NCBI GenBank assembly: GCA_034780895.1 | Contig: JAUZTB010003499.1 | Location: 1 to 64,000, forward strand | Source: Rhynchobatus australiae | Taxonomy: Eukaryota | DNA: 64,000 bases | Direction: 5' to 3' | Part shown: in pieces, positions 26,401 to 38,661 of the stretch | Layout: every line of letters starts with the position of its first letter | How positions within the stretch are numbered: the stretch's first letter is position 1 | Made by a program: the position numbers and the translations under genes | The notes under the pieces: model-generated | Told to the model about the DNA's origin: nothing | Databases searched by the model: none | The model's input: only the letters and a program-made list of their open reading frames with translations

Positions 26401-27757
26401 GCAGCTTGATTTTTTTAGTAACTTTATTAACTTTTTAAAACAACAAGGTTATGTTTTTGCTAGTTCGCAAATTTATGGCGGATTAGCTAATGCTTATGAT
26501 TTAGGCCCTTATGGCACGCTTTTAAAAAATAAATTAGTAAAAGCTTGACGCGACTATTTTTTAACTTATGAGCCTAATGCCTACGAAATAGATTCAAAAA
26601 TTATTTTAAATTCGCAAATCTGAAAAGCTTCGGGGCACTTAGAAAACTTTCAAGATGCCCTCATTGAAGATTTAAGTTCACAAAAACGCTATCGCCTCGA
26701 TCATCTTTTAGCGACTCATTTTCCCGAACACGATTTTACTAAGGCTTCCTTTGCTACAATTGAAACTTTTTTAAAAGCTAATTTAAAAGAGCTGAAGCAA
26801 AAAAAAGTAACTTGGGGGCCCATTAGGCACTTTAACTTACTCTTTGAAACGCAACAAGGCGTAATTGAAAAGCAAAAAACGAAACTTTATTTACGTCCTG
26901 AAACAGCGCAAGGCATTTTTATTAACTTTAAAAATATTCATCAGTCAATGCGTAATCATTTGCCTTTTATCGTGGGGCAAGTTGGTAAAGCTTTTCGTAA
27001 TGAAATTACCCCGGGTAATTTCATCTTTCGCACACGTGAATTTGAACAAATGGAGCTCGAAGTTTTTGTTAGTCCTGATTCTGCTCCAGATTATTACCAG
27101 CTTTATTTACAAAAATCATGAGCCTTTTTACTTTCTTTAGGCCTTGAAGCTAGCAATTTAAAAATTTATGAGCAAAAAAAAGATGAGCTTGCCCATTATG
27201 CTTTAGCTACTAGTGATATTCTTTTTCATTTTCCTTTTGGCTGAAATGAGCTGATGGGGATTGCCAATCGCGCTGATCATGATTTAAAAATACACTCTTT
27301 GAATTCTTTAGAAGAACTTTATTATTTAGATCCACACACGCAAAAAAAAATTATTCCTTTTGTTATTGAGCCTAGTATTGGTTTAGAAAGACTTTTGTTA
27401 GCTTTTTTACTTAGTAAGTATCGCAATTTAAAAACTCGTCAATATTTAGATTTAGATCAAGCCTTTGCCCCTTTTGAAATTGCTTTATTACCTTTAACTA
27501 AAAAGCAAAATGAACTTTTAAAAGTTTTAGAAGCTAAGTGCCAAAAACTGAAAATTCGTTATAAAAGCGAAATTTCAGGCTCGATTGGTAAACGCTATGC
27601 ACGTCAGGATGCCATCGGCATTAAATATTGTTTAACGATTGATTATCAATCTTTGGAAGATCAGCTTTATACTTTAAGAGAGCGTAATACAATGGAGCAA
27701 AGAAGGCTTAGTTGGGAGGAAATTGTTTTTAAAATAAAATGCAAGCGCAAGAATTAG
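26378..27757 (+). CDS. glyQS: Glycine--tRNA ligase (homodimeric type)
   Basis: IYGGL, ASGHL, LRPETAQGIF, FRNEITPGNFIFRTREFEQME, IEPSIGLER. Confidence 0.95.
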
Positions 27758-29739
27758 TTGAAAAAATTTTGAGTCAACACTCACTTTCAGAAATTATTTC
27801 TGAATTTATTAATCTTGAAGCTAAAGGAAAAAGCTTTTTAGGGCTTTGCCCTTTTCATGAAGATAGCCGCCCTTCTTTATCAGTTATTAATGATAAAGAA
27901 CTTTTTAATTGCTTTGCTTGTAATACTAAAGGCGGGCTAGTGCAGTTTATCATGTATTTTAAAAAGCTTAATCGCCAAGAAGCTTTACAATTTTTAGCGA
28001 CTAAATTTAAGCTTGATTATCAAGTCGCTAAAAGTCTCAATAACTTTAGTGAAAATGATCATTTACTTTTAGAAGCTAATTTAGTCGCCTTAGGCTATTT
28101 TAAAAACCGTTTGATTGAAAATTTAAATAACCCTTTAGTTAAACGCTTTTTAGAAAAGCGAAATTTAACTAGCCAAGCTCTCAAACGTTTTCAAATCGGT
28201 TTTGATGATGGCTTCTTATGGCAATATTTAAAAAAAATTGGTGCCCCCCTTGAGCCTTATTTAATTACTGGCTTAATTCAAAAAAAAGAGCGCTATTTTG
28301 ATAGTATGGATAAAAGATTAGTATTTCCGATTATCGATGAAAACGAATACGTGCGCGGCTTTTCAGCGCGCGCTTTAGAAAAGCAAAACGCTAAATATTG
28401 AAACTCGCAAGAAAGTTCCGTTTTTAAAAAGCAAAGTCTTTTTTATAATCTCAATCTTGGCTTAAAAAAAGCTGCCAATGGAAACTTTCAAGGAGCTACG
28501 AACTTAGCAAAAAGTTTAATTTTAGTTGAAGGGCAAATGGACGTTATCGCCCTTGATAAGCTTGGCTTTAGTAACACTTTAGCTTTAATGGGAACTAATT
28601 TATCTAAGCAACATCTACCTTATTTAAAAGATCAGCATCTCATTCTTTTCTTTGATCAAGACCAGGCGGGGCTCAGTGCCTTATTAAAAAACGCCCATTT
28701 TTTAATTAGTTATGGCTTTTCTGTTTCCATTGTAGAAATTTTGGCCAAAGCCAAAATCGAAACGCAGCGCCAAGACTTTGATAGCGTTTTTCAAAAGCAA
28801 GCTTTACAAAAGCTTTTAGTAAATGTTGATCCTGATCAATTAGTAGCAAAGGCGAGCGCGCCTTATTTAAAAGCTAAAATTATTAATAGTAAAAGTGCCA
28901 TTGATTATGCTTATGTTTATTTTAGAAAGCTTTACCCTTTTACTAATAGCCACAACATCCAATCTTTTAGCCAAGAGTTTAGTAATTTTTTAAAATACCA
29001 AAAGCCACTCATTATTAAATTTTACCAAAACCTTTTAGAGCGTCATTACGGTCTTGAGTTGCAAATTAAAGCACAAAGGCCTTTAACTTTTTTTGAGCCT
29101 AAGCTTATGCCAGAGGCTTTTAGCTCTCAATTTGAAGAAATGGCACAAACTCTAGAAACAGAACCAACTTTCAAAAGCCAAGATCCAGAAGCACAAAAAG
29201 TTTTAACTTTAGCGCAACACAAAGAAGACATTTTTGCCTATCGCATTTTTATTAGTTTATTAGAGCAAAAAAAGTTGTGACAAAGTTATAGCTTTGATCA
29301 CAACTTAGAAACTTATTGGAAAAATTTAAGGCCGCTTTTACGCAATATTAATCTTAAAATGATTCATTTTGGCCAAAAGCAATTTCATCAAGCTCAAGCT
29401 TCTTATACTTGAGAGGCCTTTGAAGTTCTTTTAAGCGAACAAGAAAAAGCATGATTTAAAAAAATGCAAGAATTAGCAAAATTAGCTCATGGCGAAAAAT
29501 CTTTCAGTCAGGCCCAAAAATTTGCTGATTTAGAAAATTTTATTTTTTCCTTGTATAAAATATCAAATAATGCTAAAATTAAAAACTACGCCAACGATTT
29601 TCGTAACCACAAAATTCAGGAAAGAGATAAATTATTAGTTTTTTACAACTTAGCTTCCTTAAAAAAAGATGAAGCAGCAATGCTGCAAGCTAAGCTTTCA
29701 AGAAAGAAAAAATTTGTAGGTAATGATGACAAAAAATAA
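27739..29739 (+). CDS. dnaG: DNA primase
   Basis: CPFHED...CFAC zinc finger, KYWNS, VEGQMDVI, FDQDQAG. Confidence 0.95.
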
Positions 29740-31108
29740 AGAAATCTTAAAAAAACTTGATGCTTATCGCAAAGCCAAACGTGCCAAGTATTTACAACAA
29801 AGCGACGTTATCGATTTTCTAGAAAAACACGATCTTTTAAACAACGCTGATGATGATTTATTTCAAGAACTTTTGGATAATGCCATATTAGTTGACACTC
29901 TCGACAGTGGTGATAATGATTTAGTCACCGAAGCCGATATTAATCATGAACTCAGTTTTGAAAAATCACTAAAAGCTGATGATGAAGACGATTATGATTT
30001 TTCAGAAAAAGATTTAGCTGAAATTGATGAAGAAGAAACGATTAATTTTGATGATGATATTGATTCTGATGATGAAGAAATTGAAAATGAAGAACTTGAA
30101 GAAGAAGAGCTTAGCGACTTAGAAAACTCTTTATTTTCTAAAAACGAAAAAATTGAAGAATTTTCCGTTCAGAGTTTAAAAGAAGAACGCCTTAAAGGCA
30201 TGCAAACGCGTAAAATTCGTTCTGAATTAACCGAAACTAATGACATCGTTAAATGATACATGCGCTGAATTGGTAAGTATGGAACTTTACTAACAGCCGA
30301 AGAAGAAGTGCGCTTAGCAGAAACAATGCACAAATTTAAAGGCACTTTAAAAGGTAAACGAGCGCGTGATAAACTAATTAAGCGCAATTTACGTTTAGTC
30401 ATTAATAATGCCAAAAAATATAAAAACCGTGGTCTGCCTTTTATTGATTTAATTTCTGAAGGCAATGCCGGCATTATCAAAGCGGTGGAAAAATTCGATG
30501 AAACTAAAGGCTTTAAATTTTCCACTTATGCTACTTGATGAATTCGCCAAGCGATTACGCGTGCTGTTGCTGATCAAGCGCGAACGATTCGCGTGCCTGT
30601 TCATATGGTGGAAACGATTAATAAAATTATTAAAATTGAGCGTGAGCTGCAACAAGAAAAAGGCGAAGTGCCAACTGATGAAGAAATTGCCAGACGTTAT
30701 CGAAAAGACTTTACCGCCGAAAAAGTGCGCTACATTCGTAAAATTAATATTGATCCCATTTCCTTAGACAAAACTGTTGGTAAGGAAGACGATTCATTTT
30801 TTTCTGATTTCATTAGTGATGATTCCATCATTAGTCCGGTTAATCATGCTAATCAAGAAGATTTGCGCAAACACTTACTAGAACTACTTGATCAAAGCTT
30901 AGACGAAGAAGATCGCATTTTAATTAAAAAACGTTATGGCATCGGTACTGACTTAAGAGGCCGTCCTTATCGCGTGCACAGTTTTAATGAGCTTGCCGTT
31001 GAGTATAATACGACGCGCGAAAAAATTCGTCAAATTGAAAATAAGCTTTTAAGACGTCTGCGCACGACTAAAAAACGCAAAATTTTAAAAGAATATTTAA
31101 GTGATTAA
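29723..31108 (+). CDS. rpoD: Primary sigma factor RpoD/SigA
   Basis: [39 protein letters not shown]; acidic N-terminal region. Confidence 0.96.
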
Positions 31109-31111
31109 CTT

Positions 31112-31891
31112 TTGCTAATAGCCCAATTTTTAGTCGCCTTAGAAAAGCTTTACCCTTTAAAAGAGCAAGAGCCTTGAGACTTTAGCGGCCTTATGCCACG
31201 CAGTAATCAATATCTACAAAAGCCTTTAAGGGGCATTGTTTTAGGACTTGATCTTAATTCCGAACTTTTAAAATTAGCTTTGCAGCAAAAGGCTAATTTA
31301 ATCATTATTCATCACCCTTTTATTTTTAGTGAATCTTATCAAGAAGCTTTGGAGCAAGATGCTTACAAGCGCAAAATCTGAAAAGTAGTGCACCAAAATG
31401 AGCTTTTAGTTTATAGCTTACACACTAATTATGATCAAAGCGCGCAAGGCACTAGTTACCAAATTGCAAAACACTTTTTTCCTCAAGCTCAAATTAAAAA
31501 ACTTAATAAATACGCCTTTAGTATTAGTTTTACTAAGGAGCTTTGCTTAGCAGATTTGGAAAAGCGTTTACTTTTAGCAAACTGAAAAATTGAAAACAAA
31601 ATTAATTTGCAAAAACTTAAAAAAATTAAGACTTTGCAAATTTATGGCGGCGCTGGCGACTCTAGCACTATCGTTAAGTTTTATGAAGCAGGCGCTTTAG
31701 TACTCAGTTCAGATCTTAAATGAAGCCAGCGACTTAGTTTTTATGAAAATAATATTTTAATTTGACAAATTAGTCATAAAATTGAGGAGTTGATTTTAAA
31801 AGCTTGACAAACAAAAATGCTTGAGCTTTTAAAAAAAGACAATTACCAATGTGCAATCACAATTTATTATTTACCAAAACATTTTTTTTAA
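31112..31891 (+). CDS. Nif3-like dinuclear metal protein
   Basis: QEPWDFSG, IIHHPFIF, SLHTNYD, GGAG, SSDLKW. Confidence 0.88.
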
Positions 31892-31998
31892 AAGTAGCTT
31901 TTAAAAACTTAGTTACAAAAGTTGCTAAAAAAGCTTCAATTTTTTTTTACAAAAGATAAAATTATTTTAACCAACATCGATTCTAAATGAGGAGTTTT

Positions 31999-32214
31999 AT
32001 GTACCAATACAAAGCCATTTTACGTTCTAGCCAAGAAGTCATTGCCGAAGGACACTCAATTGCTGATGTGGAAAAAGGCATTAAAAACTTTCGCCGTTCA
32101 CAAAAAAAAGGTGAACACACCCGTGGCCAAGAAATCATTGAAATTTATCATGTTTCCCGAGAAAAACTCGAAGGCTTAGAACGTTCTAAACACAAATTTA
32201 TTAAAGCTATTTAA
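31999..32214 (+). CDS. Small conserved mycoplasma protein (MAG6790-like)
   Basis: GAGGAG RBS; MYQYKAIL...FRRSQKKGEHT; followed by terminator. Confidence 0.75.
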   Translation: MYQYKAILRSSQEVIAEGHSIADVEKGIKNFRRSQKKGEHTRGQEIIEIYHVSREKLEGLERSKHKFIKAI

Positions 32215-32236
32215 TAAAATTTCATCAAGCTTTGCT

Positions 32237-32270
32237 AAAAAAAGTTCTTTTTTGATAAAGAACTTTTTTT
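32237..32270. terminator. Bidirectional intrinsic terminator
   Basis: aaaaaaagttcttt-tttgat-aaagaacttttttt between convergent genes. Confidence 0.75.
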
Positions 32271-32284
32271 ATCTTTTGAAGTTT

Positions 32285-32932
32285 TTAATTAGTTTCTAAA
32301 TTTAATTCTTTAATAATGTCTTGAGGGTCTTGACGCTGTTTATAATCATCATTAGCGTAGTATTTTTTTAAAATTCCATTTTCTATTAATAAAGTAGCCG
32401 CTAAAGGTAAAGTGTAAAGTTTATTAGCTTGACTTTTTTTAATATTAATGCCGCCAACACGAAAAATTAAGCGTGTCATGGGATCAATTTTATAACTAAT
32501 GCCTAAGGCATTAGCTAATTTATTGTCACGATCATTAGCAATTTCGAGCTTATCTTCGTTTGCAGCCGTTTCGCTATGCGCTAAAAGTTCTGGAGAAACT
32601 AAAACTACCTTTATTTTGAGCTTTAAAAATTGCGCTGCTAGTTTTTGATACTCTTGCGTTGTCAGCGTACAATAAGGACATCAAGAACCGCGATAAAAAA
32701 CTAAAAGGTATTTTGCCTTTTCTAAATCAGCATTAGTCAAAATGCGATTTTGATTCGTTTCTAAACTAAATTGAGGAAGTTTTTGGTTAACTCATTTTGC
32801 TAAATTGCTAATTAAATTTAATTTCGAGACTTTGCTAACGCCCTTTTGCAGCTGCTTGGTAATTTGTTGTCCGTATTTAGCTTCGGCTGCGGCACTAATT
32901 TCGTCTAGTTTAATTTGTAATTTTTTTTCCAT
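32285..32932 (-). CDS. Peroxiredoxin-like (AhpC/TSA, thioredoxin-fold) protein
   Basis: GGAG RBS; LPQFSL, FYRGSWCPYC, LVSPE, LPLAATLLI. Confidence 0.88.
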
Positions 32933-33603
32933 TTTGCTCCGTTACTATTTTGTAAGATTAATTTTTAAAAATCAAATAACACTTTTTATTACTTTATCTC
33001 AATTTTAAAATTAATTTTTCAACTTTAATAAAGTTTTTTAGTTTTTTTTAAGTAGTTTTTAAGTGAGTTTTAGCGCCCCAGTTTTGCTTAAAAAGTTTTT
33101 AATCTTATTTTTTGCTTTTTTAAAAACTTTTAGCAAACTTAATTAGTAAATATGAGTAACTCAGGCTACTTTGTAGTAGCTTTAGCTGAGTCTTTAGTAA
33201 TACATTAATTATTTATTTATAATTTGAGCAAAAATTATCTATAACAAGGGTTAAGAAAATTTGTCTAAATTTCATTTTTGTCAATAAGGACATATCACTA
33301 AAATTTTAAACAATTTTGAAGCGAAGATAATGAACTTAAAATGATGATAATTAAGGCTGAATTAAAGGAATATAAAAATAAAAGAAATATAATTTATTTT
33401 GTAAAAATAATTTATAATAGCTATGCATCTTTCGAGATGCGATGTATAATTGATAATTATATATGTTTTAAAATTCACCTTTCTATTTTTATAACGTTAA
33501 GTCATCCTTTATTTTTTCCCTTTTTTTTACTTTTTATACTTTAACGTTCAATTTTGTTTTTAATTTTATTTGTTTTTAACTTATAAACTTTTAATTTTTT
33601 ATT

Positions 33604-33628
33604 AAGAGTCCTTAATTATAGGACTCTT
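33604..33628. terminator. Terminator-like hairpin in long intergenic region
   Basis: aagagtcct-taattat-aggactctt followed by T-run. Confidence 0.6.
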
Positions 33629-34304
33629 TTCATTTATTTAAAGTCTTTTTCTTTTAATAAAAAGTTATTATTTTTAACTAATAAGGTAGCAAAAATAATT
33701 TTTTGAATTAATAATGATAAATTAGTAAAAAAATTTTAATTAAATGATCTTTATAGTTCTCTTATGAATAATTTCATATTCATTAATTATTTTTTTAATT
33801 ACGCAAAGGCTTTTAAAACTAATTTATTGAATCAATTTAGGACAAATTGCCTTTTTGAAAAGCTTTTATTTTCTTTTAAAATTATTTAAGAAAACAGAAA
33901 TAGCTGTTTCATAATAGATTTCATAATTTTTTTAGAACTCTTAATTAAACATTAAAAAAAAATTAAAAATTTAAATAAGGACAAGCAAAAGCTCTTCTAA
34001 ACACTGCGGATTGGAACAAAATAATTTTTGCACAGAAATAAAACGAAGCTTGGGCGTTTTTTATCAAGATAAATCTATACAATGTACAAATTTTTCATAG
34101 TGAAAAAATTTCAAGACAATAAATATAAATTTAATATGTATTTGTATAAATAAATAGTCAATTATTTACCTTTATGAGCTCAACTCAAAATACAAACTAT
34201 GAAAAAAATATGAAAAAGAATTTAAAATTAAAAAATAAAGTAAAAAGTCCTAAATTTTTCCCCATTTTCAAATTTTTGCTGCGTCATCCTTTTTAATTAG
34301 AATT

Positions 34305-34799
34305 ATGAAAAAGCACTTCTCCAAAATAATTAGTATCTTCTTAGTATTGACTTTGCTTACTATGTTCATTTTTCATTTCAGTTACAATTTGCATTTGCAA
34401 AAAAATACTTACCAAAAACAATTAAAAAAAATTAAAGTTTATCTAAATGGTGCCATTGAAAAGCCGGGCATTAATTATTTTGAAAAGGGATCAACTTTAG
34501 GACAAGCCTTAGCACTTAGCACCCTTCAAGTTGGCGCTGATTTAAATAAATTAGATCTTGAAAGAGTTTTAAATGACAATGAATATCTTTATATTCCTAA
34601 AAAAGGTCAAAGGTTTAGGACGGTGCAGAAATTAAAAGAAATAGATTTAGTAAAATTAAAAATACCCACCAAGCTTAGAAAGGAGATTTTCAAATATTTA
34701 AAAAAGGTAGAATTACCAACTTGGGATGGTTTGGCACAAATCAAAGGCCTAGGCGCAAAAACAATAGCAAAATTGCAAAGTATTTTGATACTTCAATAA
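34305..34799 (+). CDS. comEA: ComEA-like DNA-binding protein
   Basis: N-terminal TM, SLBB-like VYLNGAIEKPG...ADL..L, HhH LAQIKGLGAKTIAKL. Confidence 0.85.
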   Translation: MKKHFSKIISIFLVLTLLTMFIFHFSYNLHLQKNTYQKQLKKIKVYLNGAIEKPGINYFEKGSTLGQALALSTLQVGADLNKLDLERVLNDNEYLYIPKKGQRFRTVQKLKEIDLVKLKIPTKLRKEIFKYLKKVELPTWDGLAQIKGLGAKTIAKLQSILILQ

Positions 34800-34807
34800 G
34801 ACAATTT

Positions 34808-36067
34808 ATGACGCTTTTAACGCTTTTACTTTTAGTCATGGCGATTATTGCTAATCATTTTGCTTTTGCTTTTTTCATTTTAATAAGTCATTTAATTTGT
34901 CTTTGAAGTTTGCCTAAAAAGCTTTTATTTTTATTATCAATTTATAGTTTAGCATTTCTTATATTAGTATTATTTTGAGTTCGTAAATTTTCCTTTTACA
35001 CAGAAATAGAAGAAGATCTGTGAGTTTCTAAACAGAGAAGTAATTATTCGATCGTACAAAGCAGAAGCGCTTTTTATTTATGAAGAAAAAACGATTGAAT
35101 GCAAAAAGATAGCGTTTATCAAATTAGAGCACAAATCAAAAAACTACCTGAGCTTAATAGAAATGATTTTTTATTTGCGCAAAACGTTTTTTATGAAATT
35201 AAAACTTGAAAAATTTTAGCAACTTACAAAGCTTTTAGTTTTCAGCATCTGCTGCAAAATTATTTAAGTGATGCTAAGCCTTTTTATGAGCGTTATATGA
35301 ATTTATTTTTACTCAATTGATACTCTTCAAAGACTCAAGATTTAGTGCAAAATTTACAAAATTATGGCATTTTGCACTTAGTGGTAATTTCTGGGTTACA
35401 CTTAAATTTTTTACGTTCTTTTTTTGAAAAAATTTTTAAGTTTTTAAAACTAAATAAAGATCAAAGCCAACTCTTAATTATTACAATTTTTATTAGTCTA
35501 TTTTTCTTTTTAGGTTTTAAAGTGTCTTTATTTCGCATCGTTTCGGTAGCTATTTTGCTTTTTATTTATCAAAAAATTTTTAAAAAGAAACTTGCTTCGG
35601 AAATAGTGCTTTTAATTAGTGCTGCTTGTTTATTAATTTTTAACGCTCATATTTTCAAAAATTGAGGTTTTGTCTTTTCTTATGTAATCACTTTAATTTT
35701 AGTTTTATTAAGCAAAATCAAATTTAAAAACCGTTTGCAAAAAGCATTTGCCTTTCAAGGCGTTGCTTATTTAAGTGCTTTACCATTAGTTCTTTTTTAT
35801 CAAAAAAAATTTATTATTTGAGCTTTTTTCTTACAAATCTTTTTTCTTTTTTGAATATTATTGAGTTTCTTTTTAGCTTTTTTTGGCTTCTTTTTAAAAG
35901 ATTTTCTCAATTTTTACTTTCAATTTTTAGACTCCCTTTTTTACAATTTAAAGTTTATGCAAACTTCTTTAATGATATGAAGTTGAAAATTTTGAGAGCT
36001 TTTCAGCTGAGAAACAATTTTAGTTTTCTTAATTTTTATCAAAAAACATAAACAAAAATGGCCTTAA
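34808..36067 (+). CDS. comEC: ComEC-like competence membrane protein (no metallo-beta-lactamase domain)
   Basis: GILHLVVISGLH, SLFR, GFVFSY; one frame across many TGA; start uncertain (TTG 34721 also in frame). Confidence 0.85.
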
Positions 36068-36119
36068 GTTTTTAATTTTATTTACTCTTAAAAACTATTA
36101 AAGTTGTGATAATAAGATT

Positions 36120-37043
36120 ATGTATTTAGTCATCGGTCAAGAAGAACATTTAATAGATGAAAAAATAAAAATGTTACTTAAAAAACACGCTCAGAATAAG
36201 CAAATTAAAAAGTTTGCTAATAGTTTTGAAATTAGTTCGCTTTTAAACGCTTTAATCCAAGAAAATCTTTTTGCAACTAATCAAGCTTTAATTATTAAAA
36301 ATTGAGATTTATTTTACCAAAAGAAAATCGAAAAAAACCTTTGAGAATTATTAACTAGTACTTTAAAAAAAACTAGCTCAGCGGTTTTCCTGTCTAGCTC
36401 TGAAGCTATTAGTAATAAGGCATTTAAAGACTTTTTAGAAACTAACGCCACCGTTTTTAAAATTGATGATTTAAATTATCATCAAAAAATTAATTATTTA
36501 GAAAATTACATTAAACAAAAGAACATTAAAATCAAAAAAGACGCATTAGTTTTTTTAGTCGCTTCTTTACCTAATAACTTAAAAATAATTATTAATGAAT
36601 TAGAAAAATTAGCCTTAAGTGATCAAGCAATTACGAAGCTAATAATCGAAAAAAACGTCAATTTTTATGCAAAGGAAACGAATTTTAATTTTGTTAACTC
36701 CTTAAAAACTAATGATCCTAAAAGAATTGTGCAATACTATTTTGAAGAGTTGGAGCAAGGTCTTGATCCTTTAATTATTTTAAGTAAAATTTCATCTACT
36801 TTAATTTTGGCGCATCAAATTAAAATGGTTTTAGATGCTAATCATTCCTTTGAAGAAGCTATTAAAATTTTAAAGGTTAATCGCTATCGCGCGCAACAAG
36901 TTTATAGTTTAGTAGAAATCTTAGGACTGAAAAAACTAGAAAGCATGATTTTACAACTTTCAGAGTTTGATCGCAAAATTAAAATTGGAAATATTGATAA
37001 ATATTTAGCACTAGATTATTTTATTTTAAAATTTATCCAATAA
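36120..37043 (+). CDS. holA: DNA polymerase III delta subunit
   Basis: MYLVIGQEEHLI, QENLF, INELEKL, DRKIKIG; usual position after comEC. Confidence 0.9.
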
Positions 37044-37059
37044 AATTTATAATTCATTT

Positions 37060-38661
37060 ATGCTTGCAAATTCTAAAACTTGATACGAAATACAGTATGA
37101 AACCTTTCATCCTTCTTTTGCTAAGGGAGTGGGTGATTTTTTAGGAATTGTGGAAACCATACCTTATTTGCAAAATTTAAATGTGAAGTATTTAGTAATT
37201 AATGATATTTTTGCCATTTACCAAAAGGAACGTAATTTTTCTTTAGAAACGATTCAAAAAACTGTAGGTTCTGTTGCTGATTTTGCTATTTTGGTTGCTC
37301 AAATGCAAAAAGCAGGCATCAAAATCGTTTTGAAATTTAATTTATTAGAAATTGGCAATACTTGAAAAGCTTATCAAAGAATGCTGAAACTGGAAAATCA
37401 AGAAGAGCAAGCGCAAACCCAAGCTTTTGCTTTAAAAACGACAGCTCAATTAGAAAAACATTTTACTGAATCTTATTTTTTAGAAACGGAAACGGCTGAT
37501 TTTGAAAACGACTGAGGTGCTAATAATAATTTTGAAAATTTTTCTGAACTAATTACTTATCTTAATTATTTAGGAGTTTATCATTTCAGCTTTTACAATT
37601 ATGAATATCTTTACGATCGTCAGCAAAAACAAGTTTTTAATGAAATTACACGTCTTAATTTAAAACGTATTTATCAACTCATAAAAAAGCTTAATCCTGA
37701 TAATTACTTAATTTGGAGTAATCAAAACATTAGCACAAAAGTAGTTTTAAAAACTTTAAAAAATCTTGATAATTATTGCGATTTTTATTTTGATGAACAG
37801 CTTCACAAACTTTGCTATGATAAACATTTTTTGCAATATCAGCAAAAAGCTTTAGCTATTTATCAGTTGCGCAAGCAATTAATTATTAATTCAGCTTTAA
37901 AAGAGCACATTAATTCTTTAGGCGCAGCACAAAGCGGACGCCTTTTTAGTTTAGTTAATCAAAGCCAACTTTTTGATTATGAAAGTAGCGCCTCCTGAAC
38001 GATTTTAAATTGATTTCACCCTTCGCAGCGCAAAATTTATTTTGGTGAAGAAATTGGCATGTTAAATTTGAAAACCAATTTTCTAGAAGAAATTCATGAT
38101 TTTAATTTAAACGAAAAAAAACGTTATTATGCTCATCAAGGTCTTAGTAAAAAAGCTTTTTTAAAAGCTTATGCTAATTTTCACCATTTTAATTCGCATT
38201 ACCCAATGATGTGAGAAGCTAGTTCCAACCAAAATAGTAAATACATTTTAAAAAGAGAAGAAATTAACGTTAATAGCCAATTTCAAAAACGATACTCACT
38301 TTTAAAACTGAACTTAGCTTTAGCTTTTTTATTTAATGATCCTAAATTTAATGAATTAATTAAAGATGCCCGATTAACTTTTAAGCCGCAGTTTTCATTT
38401 CGTAAATTAATTCATGGCCAACTAAAAAGTCCTTTTTTAACTTTGAGTTTTTATTTGAATTTAACAGCTAAACAAATTAGATGTAAAATAGATCAAAAAG
38501 AGAAAATCCTTTTATCGTCTTATCATGATAAGATTTATACACAAAATCCCCAATATTTAGATCCTTATGAATCTTTAGTTGTTCTCAAAAATTCAAATGA
38601 TCAAAATTATCAATATCTTGACAATTTTTTTAAGGAGTTTGCTTTTGTCAAAAATTCTTAA
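37060..38661 (+). CDS. Alpha-amylase (GH13)-like protein, degenerate
   Basis: WYEIQ..F...GVGDFLGIVETIPYLQNL, GSVADF..LV...GIKIVL, IYFGEEIGM, PMMW, LDPYESLV. Confidence 0.75.

Noticed and set aside
29900-30130. Asp/Glu-rich low-complexity stretch
   Set aside because: Ordinary acidic N-terminal region of mycoplasma RpoD
33341-33544. 67-aa track ORF in the intergenic island
   Set aside because: No RBS or motif; composition fits random AT-rich sequence, though the downstream hairpin means it cannot be fully excluded
33744-33914. 56-codon hydrophobic frame under code 4
   Set aside because: No RBS or homology cue; expected by chance in T-rich DNA
35818-36051. Possible frameshifted comEC C-terminus at poly-T/A tracts (phase variation)
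   Set aside because: The main comEC frame stays open to TAA at 36067
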